A stretch of DNA of 63,329 bases, counting the filler, from Folioceros fuciformis (taxonomy: Eukaryota): the NCBI GenBank assembly GCA_049999805.1. It is 13 parts of 13 records of this genome, joined end to end, with 100 filler letters (N's around TTAATTAATTAA, not from the genome) between each part and the next. Parts side by side here need not be neighbours in the genome. Positions count along the whole stretch, not along the records: positions 1 to 2,483 come from JBNGIO010001790.1; positions 2,584 to 5,458 come from JBNGIO010001791.1; positions 5,559 to 12,729 come from JBNGIO010001792.1; 10 more parts are not named here. One strand, 5' to 3'. Every line of letters starts with the position of its first letter. The stretch's first letter is position 1. Made by a program: the position numbers and the translations under genes. The notes beneath the pieces were generated by a model, which was given only the letters and a program-made list of their open reading frames with translations, made no database searches and was not told where the DNA came from. This document shows positions 1 through 12,036 of this stretch, one piece after another.

Positions 1-2483
1 CTGAATCTGAACCTGAACCAGCATCAGAGGAAGCTCCTCGCCGTAGTTCCAGACATCACACTGCGTCCCCGTATGAATGGACCACTCCTCCACTTTCATA
101 CCAAAGCTTTCTAGTGCATGAAGACATGCCAATCGACATGGGTGAGCCACAGTCCTACCAGGAGGCAATGAACTCACCTGAGAAAGCTAAGTGGCATGAA
201 GCAATCGAATCAGAATACAAGTCTATAATGGATAACAAAACATGGATACTTGAAGACTTACCACCTGGATGAAAAGCTGTAACATGCAAATGGGTATTCA
301 AGTTGAAGAAAGCGGCTGATGGATCTATAGCAAGATACAAAGCTCGGCTGGTAGCTCGAGGTTACAGCCAAGTTGAAGGACTAGACTACTCGGAGACATT
401 CTCTCCAGTAGTCAGAAGCTACATCCATCCGTACCTTGCTGGCGATAGCAGCCCAACATGACTACCTTCTTCAACACATGGACGTCAAAACCGCATTCTT
501 GAATGGCGACCTGGAGGAAACAATATACATGCGTCAGCCTGAAGGGTACGTTGACCCAAAGCATCCAAATAAGGTATGTCGTCTTATCAAAACACTGTAT
601 GGGTTAAAGCAATCACCACGTGAGTGGTACAAAAGAATAGATACCTACTTAAAGAAGTGTGGTTTCGTCCAAAGCACAGCTGATTCAAATGTCTATAAGT
701 TGCATGATAAAAATGGAGTAGCTTACCTAGCACTGTATGTCGATGATGCTGTCATCATATCCAGCAACCCAGTGCAGATGAACAAAGTCAAGAGCATTCT
801 CACCTCAGAGTTTTCTATGACAGATTTAGGTCAACTGACTTGGTTCCTAGGTATTCAAATACCTCAAAACCTGGGAAGGCATACAATATTTATTCATCAG
901 GCACAGTTCGTTGTCCAGACCCTTGCACGATTCAGAATGCAGAATGCTACACCTGCTGCAACACCAATGGCAGTGGGTGAGAAGCTCACATTAGAGCAAT
1001 GTCCAAAGAATGAATCAGAACGCATTCAGATGGAAAAGACACCATATCGGCCTGCAGTGGGAGTACTCATCTACTTCCGCAACTGGACACGCCCTGAGCT
1101 CTCACACGCTGTGGGTGTGACCTCTCAGTTCCTTTCCAACTATGGACCAGCACACTGGCAAGCAGTTCAGAGATGTATCCGCTATCTTGGTGGTACACCA
1201 AAGATGGGGTTACTCTATAAGCAAAGACCAAGCAAGCTGCAACTAACCTGTTATTGTGATGCCGACTGGGCGGCTGATTCAGACAGCCGTCGGTCAATAT
1301 CTGCACATTGCCTCATGCTAGGAGAAGATGAGACACAGGCAACAATAATATCATGGCATAGTAAGAAGCAACCTGTGGTGGCTCTGTCCTCCACTGAAGC
1401 ATAGTACATATCTGCCACCACAGCCGCACAAGACATTATCCATGGCAGGGAACTGCTGGCCTCTCTTGGGGAAGAGCAAACTGACCCAACACTCCTTCTG
1501 AGCGATAACCAGTCAGCCATAGCTTTGGCCCAGAACCCTGTCATGCACGCCAGAACAAAACACATAGAAATCAAGCACCACTTTATAAGGCAAGTGGTCA
1601 TTGAGGGACGTGCAAACTTACAGTTCGTGTCCACTCATAGCAACATTGCAGACCTGCTCACCAAGGCACTTACCAGAGAAAAACACGAAAAATTTGCAGC
1701 TGCAATGGGCTTAGCTGAGGACCTAGAGTCCTAGTTACCAGAACCTTCCACCTAGCTAGCATCTCGACTCTAACCCTGTGGCACTTCACGAAGGATGAAA
1801 CCTTCTGGATGGCATCTCTGTGGTGCAACGCCACCAAGGCTCTGCGTAACACAAAGGTATGAGGTCAGAAAGCATCCTACACAAGCTGTAGTAGGAGGAG
1901 TCACTTACAGAGCAAGTCTGAAGAAGCGAACCATAGCGGAGAATTTGCCGACCATCATATGTGACGTCACAGCCAGCATACATGAAATCTGTCGAAGCAG
2001 TTTGTAAGGCATCGGAATGGAGCATTGGGCGCAAGCAGTAAAAAAACCATGCGCCAGCCGCCATCTTGAGTGTGCCTTCTCCAGATTGCTGCAGTCTGCG
2101 CAAGGCCGGCGACATCGAAGAATCCAAGCACACAGCAACAGCGCCAGCACCAGAATCACAGCTGTGAGCTCATCCAGGGACTGTGAACAGCGGCGGCGGG
2201 CATGAAGAGAACTGGAGACCTAACTTCGGCGAGGTTTCTTAACCCGTGGTTTCGCAGTCCTAACTAGGGTAATGCTGGGTAAGTGGGAGTATTGGTAGAA
2301 TTATATATATCCAGCATTAATAAATAGTAAATCATATTTAGATGGGAACCGGTAGATTCCTAGCGACATACACAAGGGTCGGCGACCTAAAACTAATCGC
2401 CGTACCTTCACACTCACAGGACACAACCATTCAGTCTTTTTTAAGGCCACACGGCCAAAGTAAAGATTATCATTCTACATCTT
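1..2483 (+). mobile_element. Ty1/copia LTR retrotransposon, 3' part (RT-RNase H, extra 3' region, PPT, start of 3' LTR), degenerate
   Basis: Copia RT motifs [40 protein letters not shown]; RNase H motifs DADWA, SSTEA, RTKHI, ADLLTK ending at 1734. PPT AAGTGGGAG at 2281-2289, followed by AT-rich LTR-like sequence. Confidence 0.93.
130..1734 (+). pseudogene. Copia pol (RT + RNase H) with a frameshift and premature stops
   Basis: ORFs 436..1404 and 1525..1734 are in one frame, split by TAG at 1402-1404 (STEA*Y). The upstream RT N-terminus has a TGA near 270 and a frameshift near 420. Confidence 0.9.
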
Positions 2484-2583
2484 NNNNNNNNNNNNNNNNN
2501 NNNNNNNNNNNNNNNNNNNNNNNNNNNTTAATTAATTAANNNNNNNNNNNNNNNNNNNNNNNNNNNNNNNNNNNNNNNNNNNN
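2484..2583. other. Artificial contig-joining linker (first of 12)
   Basis: 44 N + TTAATTAATTAA (stops in all six frames) + 44 N. Identical linkers at 5459-5558, 12730-12829, 14347-14446, 30095-30194, 33076-33175, 38466-38565, 44143-44242, 49739-49838, 53441-53540, 57968-58067, 61454-61553. Confidence 0.98.
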
Positions 2584-3454
2584 GCTGATGCGCCACTCCG
2601 GTGGCTGGAGGATTGCTCCTCCACGACAACGAGAAGCGGGGCAAGAGGAAGTCTGGATGATGCAGGACGAGGCTAGGGAAGCTGGGCGGAGGCAGGGCTG
2701 GGCTGGACGGGGCAAGCGAGGCAGGGGCAAGGGGCGGAGAAGGAGAGGGGAGGAAATGGTAGGCAGCGGGGTGAGGAAGCGAGACAGCGAGAACAAGGCA
2801 GGAAGACAGATCACCGACTGGAATCTGGAAATCAGAGGGTGAGCAAGGTTGCAACTCCTGATCCTCCTGTAGCAGCCTTCACTCCCAATGCTCGGGGGTC
2901 CCTCCCCCTACCTGCAATCTAGATCCAAAAGAAGAAGCGGGAGGGGAGATTGAGAAGGAAGGGAGTAAGTGAGGAGGATGGGGGCAACCGCAACCCCTGC
3001 CTCTAGCCCTAACTAGGACACGGCCTCCATAGCCATTCAGGCCAGCCAGCAGCCTGACGTTAGACTCTGACATACCATACCCCACATATTCCCGTTCCCA
3101 GGTTCCTCTTATTTATTTTATATTATTTTATATATTCTAATATTATTTATTTATTATATCTTTAATAATATTAAAATAATCACCAGACCTAAACTCAACA
3201 TTCCCGACCCTATGGTTCGGTACTGGACTTAAACCTTCCCAGGTCTGGGACCAAACCTATACCCACTCTAATAACCAAATCAACTGTTTACTGGTCTATT
3301 AACCTAATTAGCACAAAGAAAAATAGGAAAAATGACCAGAAAATAAAGGAAAATTAGGGAAAATAAGTAGAAAAAGGAAACCAAACCAAACCATACCACT
3401 ATTAACCCTTTTTCAACCAAAACAAACCACTACCCCAAACTTTGGAGGTTCACA
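2584..3454 (-). repeat. High-copy LTR (copy 1), terminus TGTGAACCTCCAAAGTTTGGGG on the minus strand
   Basis: Reverse complement aligns over about 500 bp with 43632-44142 and with 63183-63329. All three share the same TG terminus. Here it interrupts a copia RNase H. Confidence 0.85.
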
Positions 3455-4723
3455 TATGACACAATCATCTGCTGCACAATTGCTATGTGACAATATGTTA
3501 GCTATTGCCCTAGTGGCAAATCTTAGGTTTCACGCAAGAACAAAGCATATAGAACTGTACCACCACTATATCATGGATTTAGCAGAGCATGGTGTGGCCA
3601 GGGTAGAGTATGTGAATACTTAAGACAATATAGCAGATCTTCTTACAAAAGGTCTGTCCAAGGTGAAACATTTCAATCATATGGCCTCAATGGGCCTAAA
3701 AGTATTCAGTATGCTTGCAAGTACACAAAACTAGCTGCAACTGAGCATCTTGCCTTGTCAAGAGGCCACCTTCCCTAGCTTCTGTCACGATTAGATTGCA
3801 CCTACAAGGCATATGGTGGTGCTCAATGGAAGAATCTCGAAAGCTTATTTAGTCGTGAGCACTTTCCATTTGGCAAGTAATGTTGAGATGATGAACTGTT
3901 GGACAAAAATACCAGCCTGGTTTCTTCTTCTCTGGTAAAGTGTCGAGTGAGATGTAACTGAGCAGCTTTAGCTCCTTTACCAACTATTTACACTCAGCAT
4001 CTATGAGCAGAGCAACTGGTTCATTCTCCCTGGGGCGCTTCTCCAACAGTTCTCTTAGCTTAGCAATCCTGCACTTGGCCGCAGTCAATGCTGTGGTTAG
4101 TTTGTCACACTTTAGAAGGGATTGATGCAAGTTGATGATCAAGTTCTTGTCAACAGTGGAGGGAGGCTACTATGTTGTTGTCCTTTGTTTACTTAGTCCC
4201 AGCAATGGAATTGAGCTATTGTTCGCTGAGTCTACCACCTCTCTACTTTGCTACTTTCACCTTCCTCCTTCACATGCACACGGGAACGCTTCTGACTTGA
4301 CAAAGACCCGTTCCTGCTTTGCGCCATGTTTGCTCTTCTTTTGCAATATTGGATAGTTAGTGCGAGGAGGAGCGCGGCTGCCTAAAAGACTCGATGTTTC
4401 GACCCTCGTCCATGGAATCTGCTTGTTCCTGCTTGTCATAGTCTCCATGCTTGCACGAGTGTAGGAAGATGAAGCGGTGTCACGAGATTTAGGGATTATG
4501 GCTGAGGTTTGTGAGTTATTAACCTTGTCAGGTTAAGAGGGGGTGTTGGGGGGTTATTATTATATCCACTAGTTAACCTAACTCAAGTTAATATATATAT
4601 ATACTTTTAACTATAATTACTTATCGTTGAACATTGTATTTAAGACTAATTTTTGTACAAATTAATCAAGTTGTTTGTATGCACACGTTTAGTTTGTGTG
4701 TACAAGTGTTTTGTAACTTAACA
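3455..4723 (+). mobile_element. Ty1/copia 3' end: RNase H remnant, ~800 bp extra region, PPT and short 3' LTR
   Basis: 3455-3733 translates LLCDNM.AIALVAN.RFHARTKHIE..HHY...DNIADLLTKGL with one stop. PPT AAGAGGGGG at 4535-4543. LTR TGTTG...TAACA at 4544-4723. Confidence 0.85.
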
Positions 4724-4859
4724 ATCAAGACACGCTTCTACCCCAACTTTGCGCCCTGGATAGCAGTAGTAGGAGACGTGTTGAAGCACCACCAAAACCA
4801 CCACCGGGTGGTTGATCCACGACCTCATGGACCCACGAATCAAGGGAATGGCCCGCTTG

Positions 4860-5458
4860 ATAGTCAACTGGCTATTGGTAATGAAGATGAATCACATAGT
4901 AAATGGGGTGCTGCTACTTCTCTATGGATTGGCACAGGGCACCCCAGTAGATTGAGGGAAGGTGGTGGCACATCGGATCCAGTCCGATGTTAGAAAGCTT
5001 CAATAGAAAAAGACACTCAACTTAGGGCTCGCTCCTTTTCTTTTCCACATCTGGGACCACTATAAGGTCATGATGGATTTGGAGAAGGCGGTACTTTCTC
5101 GGCTGCCACCCGCCCCAGCCCCTTCCCCCCGCTGCTCCATCCCCAACTCCCTGGAAGAAGACCGTTCCCTTGGCAATGGAACCCAAGGCCCTTCCTACTG
5201 CACCAGTCCCTCCATTGGTCTCGGACCCCTCGGAGGACAATCGAGAGGCAGTGCCGGTGTCGCCGTCTATGGCCTCTACCCCCAACTTTCCAACTCCAAA
5301 GTGGAAGCTAGGAGCACAACCGGCTCAGGTCCCTCCGCCCAAGCAGCGGAATATGAGAGCCATGTCCACAGCAGGAAAAAGGATCCCGCTACGAAGTGGC
5401 CCACCCCCTCCTAGTCTAGAGCCGGAGGACTTTCTAGCCCTGGTACTAGGAGCAGCAA
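4860..5458 (+). pseudogene. Degenerate Ty3/gypsy-type accessory (plant transposon protein-like) ORF fragment
   Basis: Translation HIVNGVLLLLYGLAQGTPVD*GKVVAHRIQSDV...LAPFLFHIWDHY parallels DHMLLFLYEVVKGSRIDWGKIIYDRL...LFLVHLYSY at 52.5-52.7 kb. A Pro/Ser-rich tail follows. Confidence 0.5.
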
Positions 5459-5558
5459 NNNNNNNNNNNNNNNNNNNNNNNNNNNNNNNNNNNNNNNNNN
5501 NNTTAATTAATTAANNNNNNNNNNNNNNNNNNNNNNNNNNNNNNNNNNNNNNNNNNNN

Positions 5559-6140
5559 CAACCGGATTGCATGCTAGGCGTCCCTGGTGGACGATTTGAT
5601 TCAGGGCGCGTGCGGCCATGGGGCTGTCATCTGCTCCCACTGCCCGGCTTCAAATTGCCATGCGAAGCCCTCCTTTTGTTGTACGCGCTTCAGGCCGCAG
5701 CACGCCGATGGGAAATCACAAGATGAAATGCTGAGATCGCACGCCGCGGACTGGAATTATCGTTGCAGGCTGCCTTCTCCATCCCCTGTACAATTTCGGG
5801 TTGAGCCTTCAGGCCGAAGCAGCCATCTACCTCCTCGCGATTCTCCACACTTCATAAAATTAATAAAATAGGCATGAAAGCCATGTTTCTAATCACAATT
5901 TCAGATCGGGCAAGTGAGTCAAATCGATTGCCATGGCTCTGATACCATTTCGCGTTGTGTGAATTGTGGGAGAGAGCACGGGAGCAAGAGCGCACGAGGC
6001 ACAAGGGGCAAAGGCAGTTATCGTTGTTATATTAAAGAAAAAAAATGAAAAAGAGTATATATGAGTATTTTAAAAGAGTAGTTGTAACTGATTATGAAAC
6101 TACTGACCTAAACTAACATAATTTCCTTTATTCTGTCCAC
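5559..6140 (-). mobile_element. 5' end of an LTR retrotransposon on the minus strand (LTR, tRNA-iMet PBS, 5' UTR)
   Basis: Exact PBS TGGTATCAGAGCC on the minus strand at 5935-5947, next to an AT-rich LTR-like tract at about 5950-6140. LTR boundary is approximate. Confidence 0.7.
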
Positions 6141-6149
6141 ACAAGAAGT

Positions 6150-7015
6150 CTACAACTTAGTGGCCTTTACCACCCTTTTGTTTTGTGACTGTTCCAGGTC
6201 TGTAGCCACCCTGCTTAGAAAAACGAAATTCGGGTTAGTGTCAAGTACATGGTCTGTCCAGAGGATGAAGTTTATTTCACTGATTCAATCGTGGACAGAG
6301 CATACAGTATGTTTAGCCCTTTGTGAGATCGATGACGGAAAGCGCTCTCCACCTCTTACCCCGTGGGGTTTGCAGGTTGATCAAGATCTGTCAAGCTAGG
6401 CCTAGATGACATCGAGGAGTCAGAAGCCGTCAGTTTGGGCACAAAGCTACCAGGAGTGCAAGAAGGCAGAGCCGGTGGTAGTGCCACTTCGTCTGTCGCA
6501 AGCGTAGCAGCTGCTGTGGTGCCTCCAGCTTCATGGCGTCCTCCTGCCTGACTTCTGTCGGCGCAACTACGGCTCGTCTTCACCATCTTTTGGGGTCTTG
6601 TGGCTGAGGGCGGCGCGAACTCTGGATGAGGTTTCTCTAAGCGTTCCCGCCTTTATGCATATGGCGCCTTCCTTTCTCACGAGACGCATGCACGAGAGGA
6701 ACGCGGGCAGGAGCTCCATGTGGTGTACCTTGTCACTCATGGATAGCGGTGGTAGTGTGTCTATATGATTGATATCTTTGTGAGTATATGTGCGAATAAG
6801 TAACCCTCGTGTGGGTCAGTGGGAGTTTTGGGGAATTAAACCCAACATGAGTCTTACTCAAGATAGGTAGCTTGAGGGTTAACTTATCTAACTCAAAAGA
6901 CACATACAATTTGTGTATAAAAGGATATCTGTTCATTTTTATATATTACATTACTTTTACAAGTCTTGTTTCTAGTCTTAGATGCTCTAGTCAAGTAGAA
7001 GATATAATTGTCAAC
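6150..7015 (+). mobile_element. Copia-type 3' region + PPT + 3' LTR, nested into the RT of the next element
   Basis: PPT AGTGGGAG at 6818-6825, then an AT-rich LTR-like tract at 6826-~7015 that abuts mid-RT coding sequence. Confidence 0.55.
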
Positions 7016-9142
7016 TACACCCTTACATAGTGGTCTTTAACTCAATGTTGATATGTCACCTAACATACTTGTAGACAAGGAAAGAATGGCTTCAGTACCT
7101 TATAGACAAGGTGTTGGTAAGCTTATTTATGCAGCAAACACAACTCGTTTGGAAGTGTCTTATGCAACCAGTGCACTCTCACAGTACTTAGAAAATCCAA
7201 GCTTTGAGCATTGGATTTCTGTGAAATGAGTATTCCGATACCTAAAAGGAGCATCACACAGAGGGATCAAATATTGTTACACACCTGGACACCTAGACAG
7301 CCACTTGATCTTGAGGTGTACATCGATTTAGATTATGCTGGAAATGTAGATAGTAGAAAATCTGTTTCAGGGTATGTGGTTAGCATACCAGGTGGCCCTA
7401 TTTGCTTGATGAGTAAAAAGCAACCAACTGTTGCCCTTTCAAGCACTGAAGCTGAGTATAGAGTGCTTACCTCAGCTGTAAAGGAGATTATTTGGTGCAA
7501 ATTGCTGTTTAGCGAGATGGGGATACCTTTACCCACTTGCACAATTATTAGAACAGACAATCAAGGATTTACGGCTTTGGCACAAAATCCAGTATTCCAC
7601 GCCAGGACCAAACATGTCAAGGTGGAATACCGTTTTATCCGAGACCTTATCAAGGCAGGAAAAATCAGCCTTGAGTATGTTACCACACAAGACAATCCTG
7701 TAGATATATTGACTAAGGCCCTTGGAAGAGACCAACATGAAAAGCATGTAAATAGACTAAGCCTAGGAGACTCCTCAAAGTTCCTAGGTCCTATACCAGA
7801 TAAGTAAAAGTCACAATTTTCTGGCAGCCAGATCCTAATAACAATTGCTACAGGAGGAATGACTATCAGTAAAGTCATTGAATTTCTCATCTAGAGATCT
7901 CAAGGAATAGGATTTATCACTACCAAACAAAGATTCACAGACTGATGGCTTTCATCTTTGTCTTCAGATTGGTCTAATGGTTCGAAAAGTTCTAGAGACT
8001 TGAGCCTTTTCTTTTCCTCCCTCCGAGCCTGCCCGGGTGCTCTCTCATCTAAATTTTGATCAGTTTCCTCCTCAATCTGAAAGTTGGATCCTGCCAGAGA
8101 CAGTGGGCGCTAGCAATTATCTTGTTGACAGATTTCATGATTTACAGAAGGCTATGTGCAATGTAACACCCGCTATAAGCACCTGTAGCATGGATTAGCA
8201 CAACATGGTAGTGGTTTTTCAGAACATGAAACTCACTATATGTGCTGACGACGTGGCCAGGAAACAACCAACATGCTTCTATCTTCACTCACCTCATCAC
8301 TGTCTTGGTGCTTTCAACGTAGACCCTATACCACAAAGGGCTCAAAGGATTCTTAACAGTGCCAAAGGTTACAATCTGTGTCTCCTCGAACAAATTCGCG
8401 GGTTTAGGGAAACATGGATAATCACTATGGTTAGCCTCATCTTCTGCAAATGCAAATTCGGCATAGACAAGTGCTGTTACACTGGGTGAGGTCTTAGGCT
8501 TTGCAGCAGTGGCACGAGTCCTTGAAGGGCCGTCCTCATCTCCCATTGTGGCCGCCGCAGCTTTGCTTGCCAAATTCTCCTTGGTGGTACCCCTAGGTCT
8601 ACCACATGGGTGTTTCTCTCCAAAATCTAATGCCGCTGCCATAGGTTTGGCCGTTGATTCCACAGCTCCCTCATGCGCTGATGCTTGGACAGTTGTTCTA
8701 GATGATGCAAACTTGCCCTTGCTGTCCCTTGGTTGACATCTGCGCTTGGAAGCTGGAGAAACACGCTCATTAGATGAAGATGCCATCGCATTGTTTGGTG
8801 CTCCTATAATCCTCCGCACTAAAATTAAAACCAAGTTGAGGGCATATGTGACAATGAGGAGTAAGGTGCACCTTGGTGACAGCTCTATCTGCAAACAGGA
8901 GCAATTTGAGGAAGCTGGAGGGACACCATTCTTCATTGTTCGAACCTGGTGCCCAGCAACTAGATTGTGTATTCGAAGCTCACAAGGAGCTTGCAATGCT
9001 GAGATGAAGACTATCCTTTGGTCATGATCAACAAGTGCGAGTGTAGAAATAGAGAAGTTGATTCATACATATATAGTTAATGTGTTGTTAAGTTAAATTT
9101 ATGCTCAGTCAGCTAGTACCCTTTCATTAGGGTTGTGCCCAA
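7016..9142 (+). mobile_element. Ty1/copia RT C-terminus/RNase H, ~1.2 kb extra region, PPT and LTR start
   Basis: VPYRQGVGKLIY..TR at about 7095; ORF 7211..7807 has DLDYAG, SSTEAEY, RTKHV, DILTKAL. PPT-like AAGTGCGAG at 9033-9041, then TGTAG at 9042. Confidence 0.85.
8289..8786 (-). CDS. Putative antisense accessory ORF of the copia element, with an AT-hook-like GRPRG motif
   Basis: Part of a 235-codon open frame. Likely ATG at 8786 (MASSSNERVSPASKRR), KHPCGRPRGT motif, and the frame ends at a consensus donor AG|GTGAGT (8292). Confidence 0.4.
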   Translation of the reverse strand: MASSSNERVSPASKRRCQPRDSKGKFASSRTTVQASAHEGAVESTAKPMAAALDFGEKHPCGRPRGTTKENLASKAAAATMGDEDGPSRTRATAAKPKTSPSVTALVYAEFAFAEDEANHSDYPCFPKPANLFEETQIVTFGTVKNPLSPLWYRVYVESTKTVMR

Positions 9143-12036
9143 TGTAGGGTTATTAAAGCCCAATGTGCTTAGACTAATGTGTTTAGTCTAAGATTAGTGT
9201 CTGGTTAAGTATCATTTATTTAGATTAGCTTAAGCTAATCTTGAGAAAGCTTCTTGTGCAGCTTCTTGTGCGCTTCTTCTAAAGCTTCCTTAGGAGCTCT
9301 TCTAGAGGGTATAAATACCCTCTTGAGCCCCCTTGCAATACAGAGTGTGAGACCTCTCTTTCTCCTCTCCTCCTTGCTTCCTACTCTCCTCCTTCATCAT
9401 GTGGCTCCCCTAGCTATCCTTCAACTAGTATCACAGCCCAGGTTGTGGAGCAAGATGGTGATGTCTGTAGGTGCTGCGAACAAGGTGCGCAACGCCATGA
9501 GGAAGGCATCGGAGTAAGCGTGGGCCGTGTGCGGCAACCCTATGCCCGGGGTGCAGGAGGCTTCAGCCTCGCTGTGCTTAGGGCTCCAGGCTTCCACAGC
9601 GCAGGGCACCTAGGAGGGTGCCGCCGCGCCACCCTATAGCTCAGGGCGCGGGCGTTTGGCCCCGGGCGAGGGGCAACCCAAATCCTGGCTGCGGGATCCA
9701 GCCCGGGCCACCCTAGCTTGGCTCCCAACCACCAGGTGGTGTGGCCAGATCTAGAGTTGCGGGCGACTAGATCTCGATTAGAGTACGGGACACTCCAATT
9801 GTAAGCGACCGAATTCGTGCCGCAAAAAGTCGGATTAGTCTCCCAATGCCAGGCGGGCCAAAATCGAACTTAGGCCCGTCGTGTCGGCCTAAATTGTGGA
9901 CAGCCGTTTCGGAACGAGGTGTGAGGGTAACTTTCAGAATCTACATTACATTTCGACCGTTTCTAACTAGATTTTATTTGATTTGCATTGATTTTGAATG
10001 ATGACGTCCTTAGAAAACGTTATGTTCAATATCGAGAAGTTAGATGGTAATAACTTCCCATTCTGGAAAGAACAAGTGTATAATGTTCTAGTGCAGAAAA
10101 AGTAGATCAAGCCCATACAGTTGCTAGGTGTGAAACCTGTTAGCATGACTCAAGATGAGTGGTAAGATCTAGATGAGCTTGCTAGATCTACCATCATGCT
10201 AACATTGTTGAAGTCGATCTACTTCAATGTGAAAGACAAGACCACAAGTTACGAGCTATGGCAAAAGTTGTGTGACCTATATGAGAAGCAAAGTGCGGCT
10301 TCTTAGATGTACTGGTTAAACCAGCTGGTGGACTTGAAGATGAAAGAAGGGACGAGGATGTCCGATCATTTGAATGAGTTCAATACCATTTTCAGCTAGC
10401 TCTCATCTCAAGGTATCTCGTTCCCAGATTCCGTGAGAGCTATGTTTCTGATGGTCACAGTACCAGAGAGTTGGGACACCTTTCGTACAGCTCTGAGTAA
10501 TTCCGCTCCTGCCAATGGCCTCACCATTGTAAATGTAGAAAGTAGCCTGTTAACAGAAGAGGTGAACAGGAAGAATATGGAACCTTCGAAAGGTTCCAAT
10601 GCCCTCATGGTGAGAGGAAGGTCCACCTCAAAGGGGAAGCAAAAGGAGCACAGCCTTTCCCGTAGCAAATCTTGTAGTCGTAACAATGTTGAGTGTTACC
10701 ATTGTCACAAAAGGGGTCACATCAAAAGGGACTGCAAGAAGGACAACGGAAAAGAGAAGAAGCAAAACGACAACAAGGGAAGTTCGAGTATCAAGCATGA
10801 CGAGGTGAATTATGTTGATGATGGAGATGTTCTTATCTCTTCTTCCTTCAATTCTGCACAATTGACAGTCGTGAATAGTCACTTATTCTCTTATTGGATA
10901 ATTGACTCTGGAGCATCTTTCCATGTTACTTCACATAGGGAGTGGTTTAGCACTTATTATGCTACTAGGAAAGGACGTGTTCGGCTTGGAAATAACTATG
11001 CATGCGAGATTGCAGGCGTTGATGATGTGCAGCTGAAGTTTGGCAACGGATCTTCATTCATATTGAAGGATGTTAGGCATGTTTCGAAGTTGACAAAAAG
11101 CATAATTAGTGCAGGGCAATTGGATGACGCTGGCTACTACTGTTGGTTTGGGGATAATTCTTGGAAGATCTCCAAAGGTTCTCATGTGTTAGCTTGTGGA
11201 TCGAAGTGTGGCACTTTGTACTCACTTCAGGTAACCACTGTCAAGGATCAAGTGATTTGTGTAACGGAACAGCCAAATGTTTCCTTGTGGCATTGTCGGT
11301 TAGGACATATGTCTCAAAAAGGAATGAAGATCTTATCTCGTTTTGGTTACGTCCCTGCTTTTGATTTCTCAGATTTCTCCGTTTGTGAGCACTGTTTGTA
11401 TGGAAAACAGACGAAATCACCACATGGAGCAAGAGGTAAACACAAAAGTAAACCTCTTGAATTGGTTCACAGTGACATTTATGGACCTATGCCCACTGTT
11501 TCATTAGGCGGTGCATCCTATTTTGTCACTTTCATAGATGATTTCTCACGCAAGGTGTGGGTTTATTCTTTGAGGAAAAAGGATGATGTTCTAACAGTGT
11601 TTCAGAAATTCGTCACCTTTGTGGAGAATTAGTCCAGTCTTCGACTAAAGTGTCTAAGGACAAACAATGGTGGAGAGTATGTTTCGAAGGCTTTCCAGTC
11701 ATTCTATGATTCCAAGGGAATCAAGAGAGAATTGACTGCCCCGTATACTCCTTCCCAGAATGGTGTGGCTGAACGGATGAACAGGACCATCTAGGAGAGG
11801 ATGCGTAGTTTGTTGTCAAACTCTGGATTGCCTAACGGATTTTGGGCAGAAGCAGTGTCTACTGCGGTGCATCTTATTAATAGATCTCTTGATAAGGTTG
11901 TGGATGAGTAGGTTCCAGAGGAGCTGTGGTCTGGAAAGAAGACGTCTTACAAGCATCTATGAGTGTTTGGCTGCGAGGCATACTACCATGTTCCAAAAGA
12001 GTTTCAAGACAAGTTGGCACCCAAAGTCCAGAAAAT
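9143..12036 (+). mobile_element. Ty1/copia (Tnt1/Tork-like) 5' part: LTR, PBS, gag-protease-integrase, degenerate and 3'-truncated
   Basis: LTR TGTAGG...CCTTCA at 9143-9423 with TATAAATA. Mutated PBS TAGTATCACAGCC at 9426-9438. gag from ATG 9998 (IEKLDGNNFPFWK), zinc knuckle CYHCHKRGHIKRDC, protease WIIDSGASFH, LWHCRLGH, integrase LELVHSD/FIDDFSR/QNGVAER. Several TAG/TAA stops. Confidence 0.93.

Noticed and set aside
2528-2539. Recurrent TTAATTAATTAA palindrome, and ORFs ending in XXX-LIN
   Set aside because: Synthetic linker between contigs, not biological.
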